Source: an uncultured Thiomicrospira sp. (GTDB lineage: Bacteria > Pseudomonadota > Gammaproteobacteria > CAKMZV01). Taken from it: a DNA stretch of 64,000 nucleotides. Each line of letters begins with the position of its first letter. The stretch's first letter is position 1. The DNA lies in the NCBI GenBank assembly GCA_965195345.1, contig OZ239628.1:1600001-1664000 (forward strand), read 5' to 3'. A program made the translations under genes and the position numbers. Positions 29,349-38,542 of the stretch are shown piece by piece. The notes beneath the pieces are model-generated. The model was given only the letters and a program-made list of their open reading frames with translations, was not told where the DNA came from and ran no database searches.

Positions 29349-30737
29349 ATGTTTCAACTTCCAATAATAGCCATCGTCGGTCGTCCTAATGTCGGAAAAT
29401 CAACGCTGTTCAATTGCCTCACTCGCAGTCGTGATGCTTTGGTCGCTGATTATTCGGGCCTTACGAGAGATCGGAAATATGGCGTTGGAAAAGTAGGTGG
29501 CAAACCTTATATGCTGGTTGATACTGGCGGATTGTTCGGAAACCCTGACGATCTTGAATTGTTGATGCAAAAACAAGTAAACGAGGCGATTGAAGACGCT
29601 GATCTTATTCTTTTTGTAGTTGATGGTCGTGAAGGATTGACACAAGGTGATCGTGAAATTAGTGACAAACTACGACCTTTGAAAGATCGAGTATTATTAG
29701 TCGTCAACAAATCTGAATCGGTTGATATTAATATATTATTAGGAGATTTTAGTGAATTGGCAATGGGTGAAATATACACTATCTCTGCCAGTCATTGGAA
29801 AGGGGTTCGCCAACTTGCCGATGTCATTTGCGATGCAATCCCAGATAGAACTTCCTCTTTGGACGAAGTAAATACTAAAGCTATCCGCGTGGCAATTATC
29901 GGTCGCCCCAACGTTGGCAAGTCGACTTTGATCAATCGTCTAATCGGTGAAAATCGTGTTTTGGAATACGACATGCCTGGCACTACTCGGGACAGTATTA
30001 GCATTCCATTTCAGCGCGCTGATGTGGATTATGAATTGATTGATACTGCTGGAATTAGAAGGCGATCACGGGTCGATCATCGCATTGAAAAATTCAGCGC
30101 TATTAAAGCTATCCAAGCAATTGAAATGTGCTCAGTTGCCGTTATATTATGCGATGCAAAAGAGGGGATTACCGATCAAGACTCCCATCTTATCGGCTTA
30201 ACTATCAGTAGTGGACGAGCATTGTTGATTGTTCTTAACAAGTGCGATGGCTTAGATGCAGGGCAGAAATCAAAGATTGAACGTAACCTTGATCTTAAAT
30301 TAAATTTCATCAACTACGCGCAACGATTGCGTATTTCCGCTCTATACGGCAACGGAGTTAGAGCGTTATGGAAAAATATTGAACAGGCGCATGCAGCAAG
30401 CAATAAGAAGATCACAACTGGTGAGTTAAATGCTGCTTTTGAAAACATCAAAGCGCATAATCCACCACCTACTGTAGGAGGACGTACTATTCGTATGCGT
30501 TATGCGCATATTGGTGGGCATAACCCTCCAACGATAATAATTCATGGGAACACGCTTGGCCATTTACCTGGCAGCTATAAACGTTATTTAGAAAATGCTT
30601 TCCGAGAAACTTTTTCACTATTTGGAACGCCACTTAAACTTGTTTTTAAAACCAGCGTTAACCCATACGCTGACAAGAAAAAACGACAAGAAGTACATCA
30701 CAAAAAACGCCCAAATCCATTACGTAAAAAACGCTGA
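29349..30737 (+). CDS. der: Ribosome biogenesis GTPase Der
   Basis: Two GRPNVGKST P-loops, DTGG/DTAG, YAHIGGHNPP. Confidence 0.97.
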   Translation: MFQLPIIAIVGRPNVGKSTLFNCLTRSRDALVADYSGLTRDRKYGVGKVGGKPYMLVDTGGLFGNPDDLELLMQKQVNEAIEDADLILFVVDGREGLTQGDREISDKLRPLKDRVLLVVNKSESVDINILLGDFSELAMGEIYTISASHWKGVRQLADVICDAIPDRTSSLDEVNTKAIRVAIIGRPNVGKSTLINRLIGENRVLEYDMPGTTRDSISIPFQRADVDYELIDTAGIRRRSRVDHRIEKFSAIKAIQAIEMCSVAVILCDAKEGITDQDSHLIGLTISSGRALLIVLNKCDGLDAGQKSKIERNLDLKLNFINYAQRLRISALYGNGVRALWKNIEQAHAASNKKITTGELNAAFENIKAHNPPPTVGGRTIRMRYAHIGGHNPPTIIIHGNTLGHLPGSYKRYLENAFRETFSLFGTPLKLVFKTSVNPYADKKKRQEVHHKKRPNPLRKKR

Positions 30738-30772
30738 TTAGGCTACAGAAAAGTTACCCTAATCATTGTTTT

Positions 30773-32488
30773 TCAGCGTCGTTTTTTGTCATCATAAAAC
30801 TCAATTTCTACCGCATGCTCATCTTTTAAATCAGCGGCGCGCGTTATCACTTTATTCTGCTGTCGAACTATCGCAAATCCTTTTTGTAAAATCCGTTGAG
30901 GGTGCGATTGTTTGACAATTTTTACTGTTTGCTCTAATTCTCTCCTTTTACGAAGGCAATTTTTGGGTATTTGAGTAATCAATGGATTGTAAATATGAAA
31001 CAGTACTCGTTTGTGGTTATTCAAGTGATTTTGCATCGTTATCAAAAGGTATTTAATGCTAATCAGATTGTCTTTCTTCCTACGTAAAGTATTCACCGCA
31101 TTGACAGAAAAGTCAGCATAACTGTTATGCAATCTTTCCTTATTACGCATAGACAACACCTGAGACAAATGAGATAGGTTATTTTTTTGCTGAGCTAATC
31201 TTTCAATCGCATTAATCATCGTATTGCGAATCAGTAATAGATGATTATTCGATGAATTCAGTTTGTATTTATTGTTGTTTAAACACTGTCTGCAATCCGA
31301 CATAACACGCTGTAAAAGCGTGTTTATATTTTGAGCGCGATTTTCTAAAACTGAATAACATTTTTGTTCTATTTGACTCCAAAAAACAATCGTTTTCTGT
31401 CCACTTTCAAGTATTTGATTACGAATAAACATGGCTGTTTTCGTCGGCGTTGAGAATCGAATATGCGCTACTTCATCAATGATAGTTTGATCACTATCGT
31501 GCCCAATCCCAGATAGCACAGGCACGGGGAATGTACATATTCTATTTGCTAAGTCATACTCATTAAGATAGTGCAGGTCGCCTTTCGCTCCTCCTCCGCG
31601 AATTATTATCATTGCATCAAATGCCTGCTTAGCGTGCTTTTTTTCTACTCTTTTAAGGGCAGACAGCAAAGATTCCGTGCATGCAACGCCTTGAAAAGTT
31701 GCCGTGAAATATTCAAAATGGCAAAGCGCATGTAAATCATCCGCAATTCTTCTGAAGTCGCCCAGTGCTTGCGCTTTCTGCGGACTTATTACTGCAATAC
31801 GAAAAAAATCATTCGGTAAGCTAAAGGAAGATTGTCGAGAGTAAACGCCCTCCAATTTTAATTGCGTGCGTATTTTCTTCAATTTAAGAGCCATCGCTCC
31901 AAGAGTATAGGCAGGGTCAATGTCCTCCACAGCGACAGAAACGCCGTACAACATGTGCATATCAGCACGCAATTTCAGCATTACTTTATGGTTGATACTA
32001 AGTGTCTGCCCTGTTTGTAGCGCAAATTTGTTGAGTATATTTTCCGCTTGTGTTGCCCAAATAATGGCTTTCACCTTCGCGCGGGCACGTGTTTTTTGCA
32101 AATTTGAATTTGATTCAGAATAATCGATTAAATCAAGATAATAATGACCGTTAGCAACTTTCTTTATATTTTCAATTTCGGCGTGTACCCACTGTGGTTG
32201 AGACCAAGTGCTTTGCACAGCATGTTGAATCGGTTTTAAATATTGTGTTAGGCTTATCCCCTCGTTATCTTCAAAACGCAATTCACCAGTATTGCTCGTA
32301 CCAACTATGGCTTGCTTAGTTGGTACAACATTCCCTACTACTAATGTACTATCGTGCCAGCGCGAAAATAACTTTATGTCGAAGTCTTCTGTGATGAACC
32401 ATTGTCTTTTTGTCATGTCCCACGAAGCACCGAGACTTTTAGCGGCATCTTTCTCTACGTAAGGGACTTTTAAATAAATACGATTCAT
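30773..32488 (-). CDS. xseA: Exodeoxyribonuclease VII large subunit with extra N-terminal DUF5710-like domain
   Basis: OB fold (GHYYLDL), RGGG..GDL..LN, SGIGH..D.TIID, C-terminal P..ILQKGFAIVR; N-terminus YLKVPYVEKDAAKSLGASWD..KRQWF. Confidence 0.85.
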   Translation of the reverse strand: MNRIYLKVPYVEKDAAKSLGASWDMTKRQWFITEDFDIKLFSRWHDSTLVVGNVVPTKQAIVGTSNTGELRFEDNEGISLTQYLKPIQHAVQSTWSQPQWVHAEIENIKKVANGHYYLDLIDYSESNSNLQKTRARAKVKAIIWATQAENILNKFALQTGQTLSINHKVMLKLRADMHMLYGVSVAVEDIDPAYTLGAMALKLKKIRTQLKLEGVYSRQSSFSLPNDFFRIAVISPQKAQALGDFRRIADDLHALCHFEYFTATFQGVACTESLLSALKRVEKKHAKQAFDAMIIIRGGGAKGDLHYLNEYDLANRICTFPVPVLSGIGHDSDQTIIDEVAHIRFSTPTKTAMFIRNQILESGQKTIVFWSQIEQKCYSVLENRAQNINTLLQRVMSDCRQCLNNNKYKLNSSNNHLLLIRNTMINAIERLAQQKNNLSHLSQVLSMRNKERLHNSYADFSVNAVNTLRRKKDNLISIKYLLITMQNHLNNHKRVLFHIYNPLITQIPKNCLRKRRELEQTVKIVKQSHPQRILQKGFAIVRQQNKVITRAADLKDEHAVEIEFYDDKKRR

Positions 32489-32492
32489 TACT

Positions 32493-33470
32493 TTAATGTA
32501 CGCTTGCTAAATCTGAATGACGAAAATCAAGCAACCACTCAAACGGTTTCTGTTTATTCGCTATTAGCGCAACACTCTTACGCCACACCTTAGCGCCGTC
32601 TTCACCACTATAAAAACCGATCAAAGGGCGAACCAAAGAAGATAGGCTATATGGTTTGAACATCGCGTTCTTCACCCAAAACAAGTATTCTTGCAATACT
32701 TTATCCCGCTCATCTTCTGAAGGCAAGCGTTCGTTTTCCAGCTCAAAAAACAACCAAGGATTGGAACAAGCAGCTCTGCCGACCATAATGCCATCAACTG
32801 CTGGTAATTCATTTTGAGAAATGAAGTATTTATTTGCCTTACTCAATGAGTTAATTTCTCCGTTTGCACAAATATTCAATTGAGGGAAAGACGCTTTAAG
32901 TTGATGAGATCGCAAAGGTTTTAACGGAGGCACGCTTCGATTTTTACGTGGACTAATGCCATTTAGTAACGCCATCCGATTGTGGACTATTACACCATCA
33001 CATCCAGCATCGACTAAAACGCCTACAAAATCAGTCAACTTCATAAAATCATCATCACCGTCCAGACCTATTCTGTGTTTTACTGTCACTCTCCCCTGCA
33101 ACTGATCTTTTAAAGCCTTGACCATGTCACCAACCAACTTAGGTTGAGCCATCAAACAAGCACCAAATTGCCCATTCTTAACCCTTGGACTAGGGCAGCC
33201 TACGTTGATATTTATTTCTGAAAAAACTTTAAGCTCTTTTTTGCAAGCCACTTTAACAGCGCCTGCAATGTCGTTGCCCCCTATTTGAAAAGCAGTGGGT
33301 CCTTCACCTTCTGCAAAAGCCATATAATGATCTTTAGGATTATGCAGTATTGCATTAATTGGAACCATTTCTGTGTAGTTAAGCGTATTAGGGCTAATCA
33401 AACGAATTAACTTGCGCATCGGCGGTGTGCTATAGCCCATCATTGGAGCCAATCGAAAACGATTATCCAT
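32493..33470 (-). CDS. dusA: tRNA dihydrouridine synthase, DusA type
   Basis: LAPMMG, NINVGCPSPRV..GQFGACLM, VTVKHRIG, SPRKNRSVPPL. Confidence 0.88.
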   Translation of the reverse strand: MDNRFRLAPMMGYSTPPMRKLIRLISPNTLNYTEMVPINAILHNPKDHYMAFAEGEGPTAFQIGGNDIAGAVKVACKKELKVFSEININVGCPSPRVKNGQFGACLMAQPKLVGDMVKALKDQLQGRVTVKHRIGLDGDDDFMKLTDFVGVLVDAGCDGVIVHNRMALLNGISPRKNRSVPPLKPLRSHQLKASFPQLNICANGEINSLSKANKYFISQNELPAVDGIMVGRAACSNPWLFFELENERLPSEDERDKVLQEYLFWVKNAMFKPYSLSSLVRPLIGFYSGEDGAKVWRKSVALIANKQKPFEWLLDFRHSDLASVH

Positions 33471-33524
33471 GCAATGTCGTCCAATTTAACCATGTATTTA
33501 AAGCATTCATCTTGCTACTTCTTT

Positions 33525-34916
33525 TTATATTTTCTGTTTTGTACGTTGGTCTAAGTTGGCTGAAATCAACTGATTAAGTTGATCAAAACATGTACTCCAA
33601 TCATTCGATTTGTTTTGACGTAACAATTTAACATTGCGATACCACGGCGAATTATCACGTGCCCTAAACCATCTCCAATCATGTACTAACGGTATAAAAA
33701 TGATGGTTGGCTTTCCTAAAGATGCTGCGAGGTGTGCAACAGCTGTGTCGACAGAGACTACCACATCAAGATGCGCAATCAGGGCGGCAGTGCTTGCAAA
33801 ATCCTCCATCTGTTGATCCAGTAATATTATTTTATCAGCACACAGTTTTTTTTCTTCTTCGCTAATTTCTTTTTGCAAACCATAGAACGTTCCTCCTTTG
33901 ACAGCAGAAAGTGCTTGAAGTAAGTCAGCCACTACTATGGAACGATTATAATCGTTTTCGTGCGTTTTACTGCCTTGCCAACAAACGCCGATTTTAAAAC
34001 TCTGGGAGGTCAAAAAAAAGTCTCTCATTTTTTTAACATCGGTTGCTACTGGCTTCAAATAGTGCGCATAGTTGGGAATATTCAACGGATCAATTTTCAG
34101 TAGAAATGGCAAACTCATCATAGGAAAATACCAATCGTTTGCTACCGTTTCATCCTCCGAAATAAAATGTATTTTAGGGAAGTTGCTTTGCATTAACCGT
34201 AATAAATTATTCTGTATGCGCACTTGTATCTGTTCTATTTTCACATGTCTGGTTTGTAACAGCATAAGCACAAACCGTATGAACATTATTGAATCGCCAA
34301 AGCCCTGCTCACAAACAAAGGTAAGTATTTCCCCTTTTTTTAGACTTTGTCCCTGCCAACGATTAGACTTAATGTTTTTTAGAGCAACGCGCATGCCTTC
34401 TTTATGAAATCGTGATTCATAAAAGAGGAATCCCTGCCTAAACTCGCCAAGTCGTAACAACACCCAACTAAGATTGAAACGAATGCTATGATTTTCACTT
34501 GAGAGCGTTAATGCTTTTTGATAGCAAGTGAGCGCCGCCTCATAATCCCCCAACTGCAGATGTAAGCTGCCGAAGTTATTTAGTGTTGTCGATGAGTTAG
34601 GGTTTAATAATAGTGCTTTTTGTAACCATTCATGACAATCTTTGTAGCGACGTTGGCGAAGCGTCAGGCTTGCCATGTTATCTAGTATATTGACATTTTC
34701 TGCATCAATTGACAGCCCTTTTTGATAGTATGCCTCCGCTTCATTAAAACGATTAAGTACTTTATTAAGTACTCCAAGTGCATTTAAAACATCAATATTG
34801 TCAGGCTCTTGTTTTGCTATCTCTTCGAACATCTCCAAAGAATGGAGATAATCCTGCTGGTGGTAAGCAGCAACGGCTTCTTGGAATAAGGTATTAGCCA
34901 TGACGATTGGCTTCAT
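33525..34916 (-). CDS. TPR-repeat protein with C-terminal GT-B / glycosyltransferase-9-like domain
   Basis: About 4-5 TPRs, then EQGFGDSIMF.RF, GVCWQGS and LDVVVSVDTAVAHLAASLG...DWRW...SPWY. Confidence 0.8.
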   Translation of the reverse strand: MKPIVMANTLFQEAVAAYHQQDYLHSLEMFEEIAKQEPDNIDVLNALGVLNKVLNRFNEAEAYYQKGLSIDAENVNILDNMASLTLRQRRYKDCHEWLQKALLLNPNSSTTLNNFGSLHLQLGDYEAALTCYQKALTLSSENHSIRFNLSWVLLRLGEFRQGFLFYESRFHKEGMRVALKNIKSNRWQGQSLKKGEILTFVCEQGFGDSIMFIRFVLMLLQTRHVKIEQIQVRIQNNLLRLMQSNFPKIHFISEDETVANDWYFPMMSLPFLLKIDPLNIPNYAHYLKPVATDVKKMRDFFLTSQSFKIGVCWQGSKTHENDYNRSIVVADLLQALSAVKGGTFYGLQKEISEEEKKLCADKIILLDQQMEDFASTAALIAHLDVVVSVDTAVAHLAASLGKPTIIFIPLVHDWRWFRARDNSPWYRNVKLLRQNKSNDWSTCFDQLNQLISANLDQRTKQKI

Positions 34917-34924
34917 TTAAAGTA

Positions 34925-35431
34925 TTACTCAATAATGCAAACATATGTTTTTTCATCAACCATTGTAAAAAGCTCTAAAAGATCATTGTTTCCCATACGT
35001 ATGCATCCGTGACTTCCAGTTTTCCCTAACTCTATGAAATCCGGTGTCCCGTGAATGTAAATATAACGTTCCAATGAATCACAACATTCACCTCGCTTAT
35101 TCGTACCTTTGTTAAAACCATCCTCCAATCCTTTCAATCTTAAAATGCGAGTCAATATCCAATCACGTTTTGGGTGTTTGGTAAACAGTTCGTCTCTGTA
35201 TATCTCGCCAGTCGGCTGACGTCCTACAAAAACGCTGTTAATCGGCTCGCCATCTCCTATTTTTTCGCAAACTTGATGCATTCCTCTTGGAGTGCAAAAA
35301 CTGTTTTCAACTTCTCCTGCGCCATTCTCTGCGCTACTAATCAGGTAGCTTTTTAAAAGATTTCCCCCTTTTTTAGGAAAGCATCTTAACACTTGCTTAC
35401 TAAGAATGATTTCAATGAACTTTGATTTCAT
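34925..35431 (-). CDS. YkuD-domain protein without signal peptide, ElsL-like (putative cytoplasmic L,D-carboxypeptidase)
   Basis: YIYIHGTP...SHGCIRM catalytic motif; RDWILTRIL.L.GLE.GFN.G; no export signal. Confidence 0.8.
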   Translation of the reverse strand: MKSKFIEIILSKQVLRCFPKKGGNLLKSYLISSAENGAGEVENSFCTPRGMHQVCEKIGDGEPINSVFVGRQPTGEIYRDELFTKHPKRDWILTRILRLKGLEDGFNKGTNKRGECCDSLERYIYIHGTPDFIELGKTGSHGCIRMGNNDLLELFTMVDEKTYVCIIE

Positions 35432-36938
35432 AATTATTTAAATCCAAATAGTTGCCGTCACTCGATAGATTATAGTTTTTAGCATTACGGATACTGATCG
35501 CTACATTATCCTCATACCATAAAGGTACGTAGGGCAAATCAGCAAGGATTTGAGATTGCAATTCATTGAGCAATTGTTTTTTTATTGATAGATCGTTCGA
35601 GTGCTCTATCTTCTCGATTAATGCATTCACTTTAAGGCTGATATAACTTCCTCGGTTTGCTCCATTAGGGGGAATAGCTTCTGAATGATGCACATATCGA
35701 AATATATCAATGCCTTTAACGCCGACCCAAGCTAAGGAATAAAGCTGAAAGCGCCCTGCCTTGATATCGTCATAGAAAGTTCCCCAATCATAGCTTTGAA
35801 TGTCCAAATCAATGCCTAATGGTTGCAGTTGCGCCTGAATGACACTGGCAAGGCGCAATCGCAATGGGTCTTTAGATGTTTTGAATGAAAGTCTAATTCG
35901 ATTTTCGGGGTTAATGCCTATTTCTTTCAGTAAAGCACTCGCCTTCTCTGTGTTGTATTGATAAGAAGTCAATCCACTGGCACTCGCCCAATGCTCTGGT
36001 GGCAGTATTGCATTTGCTTTACGCGCTGCTCCTGCAAATAAATATTTAATAATGGTATCTCGATCAATTGCATGAGCGATGGCTAAACGTAATTTGTGAT
36101 CGGCAAGCAATGGGTCTTTTAAGTTAAAACCAAGATATGCAAATGTACTGCCTGAATGCTTTTTAACGTTTACTTCGTTTTTTGAGCTGAGCCATGCTAT
36201 TAGTTCAGGAGGTAAATTATTCTGTAATAGTTGTACCTCACCCTTCAATAATTTAAGCACCCGGATCGTTGGATCACGGCTGACAACAAACCTTAGCTTA
36301 AAGTCATCCGAACGGCGCTTTAATAGAATATCTCCACCTTCTGTCCAAGATTTTTCTAAAATATAGTTGCCACTTGATGGCGCTTGTCCTTGCGGATTTT
36401 CTAACCAACTCTTAGGTAAAACCCCTATCACTAAAGTTGACAGAAATAATGGGTCCGCCCGTTTGAGAAAAAAATCCACCGTTTGAGAATCGACAACTTC
36501 AATTCTATCTATGTGCATTAAGCTCCCTCTATGTGGAGAACCAGTGTCCTTATTAAGAATAGAGTCGTACGTCGCTTTTATATCAGCGGATGTGACAGGT
36601 TGATTTGTGGAAAAACTGGCTCCTTCTTGAAGGCGTAAACGAAAATGTTGCGGGGTGATTTCTTCCCATTCGCACAACCATGGAATAGGCTGGCTCTTAT
36701 CGTTAAAAGTTACTGGTGCTTTATACATGAGCTGTCCAATGCGAAAAGAAGTAGCATCCGTAGCAAATCGCACATCAAGGGTACGCGGGGCAGCGGGTAT
36801 AGCAAAGCTCAAATCAACTGCCTCAGTGCTTTGTCTTGCACAAGCACTTATGCCTAAAAAAAATAAGCAGAGCGATATATTCTTAAACAGTTGTTTCAAT
36901 TTCAACGTTCGATCCATCGGTCGTTCTGAAAATCCCAT
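35412..36938 (-). CDS. Family 5 (peptide/nickel) ABC transporter substrate-binding lipoprotein
   Basis: Lipobox ISAC; LR.AIAHAIDR, YLGFN, DLPYVPLWY. Confidence 0.85.
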   Translation of the reverse strand: MGFSERPMDRTLKLKQLFKNISLCLFFLGISACARQSTEAVDLSFAIPAAPRTLDVRFATDATSFRIGQLMYKAPVTFNDKSQPIPWLCEWEEITPQHFRLRLQEGASFSTNQPVTSADIKATYDSILNKDTGSPHRGSLMHIDRIEVVDSQTVDFFLKRADPLFLSTLVIGVLPKSWLENPQGQAPSSGNYILEKSWTEGGDILLKRRSDDFKLRFVVSRDPTIRVLKLLKGEVQLLQNNLPPELIAWLSSKNEVNVKKHSGSTFAYLGFNLKDPLLADHKLRLAIAHAIDRDTIIKYLFAGAARKANAILPPEHWASASGLTSYQYNTEKASALLKEIGINPENRIRLSFKTSKDPLRLRLASVIQAQLQPLGIDLDIQSYDWGTFYDDIKAGRFQLYSLAWVGVKGIDIFRYVHHSEAIPPNGANRGSYISLKVNALIEKIEHSNDLSIKKQLLNELQSQILADLPYVPLWYEDNVAISIRNAKNYNLSSDGNYLDLNNYEIKVH

Positions 36939-37465
36939 AATTTTGAAGGAGCACCAATTAATTCTCCTGCATTAATTATGCCATCAACCTGTGCACTAAT
37001 TAAAGAATCTACGTCTTGTACTCGGGAAATTGGAGGCGATCCACTGATATTGGCTGATGTTGTAATAAATGGCTGTTTTAATGCAGTTATAAACTGCTGG
37101 ATGGGGTGATTTCCAAGATAACGAACACCTAATTTTTCATTATTGGATAACCAATAAAAATCCTCTTTATTTTTTTTATTTATCAACCAAGTTGTAGGTT
37201 GTGTGGCATTGATTATTTTTTCCTGAAAATCGAGAGGCGGTTCTAAATGCTTACAAATCCAATCAACATCAGGTGCTATAACTGAAAGGGATTTATTGCT
37301 ATTCCGATTTTTTATGCGATTAATTCTTTCTGCCACTCTCTTTGTAGCTACACCGCCTAGTCCGTAAACTGTATCAGTCGGATAAACAAGCAGCGATCCT
37401 TTATTTACAAAACGCTCCCAAATATCAAATTGTTCGAGAAAAGAATGCAGGGATATTGGGATCAT
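36902..37465 (-). CDS. Sua5/YrdC-family threonylcarbamoyl-AMP synthase
   Basis: YPTDTVYGLG, K.R...K, TTSANISG. Confidence 0.85.
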   Translation of the reverse strand: MIPISLHSFLEQFDIWERFVNKGSLLVYPTDTVYGLGGVATKRVAERINRIKNRNSNKSLSVIAPDVDWICKHLEPPLDFQEKIINATQPTTWLINKKNKEDFYWLSNNEKLGVRYLGNHPIQQFITALKQPFITTSANISGSPPISRVQDVDSLISAQVDGIINAGELIGAPSKLWDFQNDRWIER

Positions 37466-37483
37466 AACTTAAGAAGCAGTTCT

Positions 37484-38542
37484 CTACGAAGGATTGTATT
37501 TTCTTCCCGGCACATAAGGTATGGCTGCTCCAGTGATTCTACGGGCATCTACGGTTTCTCCGTCATCATGTTTTTTCGCCATCCAAGCCCAAGCGCACGC
37601 TTCAATAAAACCTTCGTGCCAGCCAAGACGGCTAGAAGGTATTACTTCAATTGCAAGTGTTTCTTGCAAACGCTGTAAAAAATAAATATTCTTCGCCCCA
37701 CCCCCACAAACAACTAAGTCATCCAAGCGAATGTTATGTAAATCAATTGCTTTTTTTATACTGTGCACGCTCAATTCAACCAACGTGCTCACTAAGTCAG
37801 TTGGATTAATTTCAAATTTTTCTAAAAACGGTTGTAACCAATCTGCATTAAAGTAATTGAGTCCTGTACTTTTAGGAGCAATCTTATTGAAATATTGGTC
37901 TTCAAGCATCGCGAATAACATGCAATCATTAACGATGCCCCGTTCAGAAATCTTGCCGTCTTTGTCAAAATCTTGATCAAAGTACTTCCTACATACTAAG
38001 TCGATAATTGTATTTGCAGGTCCCGTGTCAAATCCCATTGAAACATTCTTGCCCTCTAATAAACTTAAATTAGCTATCCCCCCCAAGTTCAATACACCGC
38101 GAATCCCTGTGGTAGATAGTATTTCACGATGGAACAATGGAGCTAATGGTGCACCTTGACCACCATTAGCGATGTCAATTTCTCTAAAGTCAGCAACGAC
38201 TGAGTACCCCAGTTGCTTGGCAATCCGTTCAGCATTACCTATATAAGTACTAATTTTTTTATCAGGGTGATGGAATAGAGTATGACCATGAAAACCAAGT
38301 GTTGTAGGCTGTAACAAGTTTTTTTGGAATTGTAATAATGATTCAATAACAAAATTGGTGAATGCAACATCGACTTGCTGCTTTTCTTGTATTGAAAATG
38401 AAGCATCAAGTTGGAGCAATTGATTGCGAAAACCTGATGAATACGGATAAGTCTTGTGGTGTAGAAGCTTTAACGAATCATCGATAGCAACCAAATCTAA
38501 TCCATCTGAACTGGTTCCGGACATTTGCCCAAGATACAACAT
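37484..38542 (-). CDS. anmK: Anhydro-N-acetylmuramic acid kinase
   Basis: GQMSGTSSDGLD, GFHGHT, GGQGAPLAP, NLGGIAN, FDTGPAN, CGGGAKN. Confidence 0.94.
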   Translation of the reverse strand: MLYLGQMSGTSSDGLDLVAIDDSLKLLHHKTYPYSSGFRNQLLQLDASFSIQEKQQVDVAFTNFVIESLLQFQKNLLQPTTLGFHGHTLFHHPDKKISTYIGNAERIAKQLGYSVVADFREIDIANGGQGAPLAPLFHREILSTTGIRGVLNLGGIANLSLLEGKNVSMGFDTGPANTIIDLVCRKYFDQDFDKDGKISERGIVNDCMLFAMLEDQYFNKIAPKSTGLNYFNADWLQPFLEKFEINPTDLVSTLVELSVHSIKKAIDLHNIRLDDLVVCGGGAKNIYFLQRLQETLAIEVIPSSRLGWHEGFIEACAWAWMAKKHDDGETVDARRITGAAIPYVPGRKYNPS

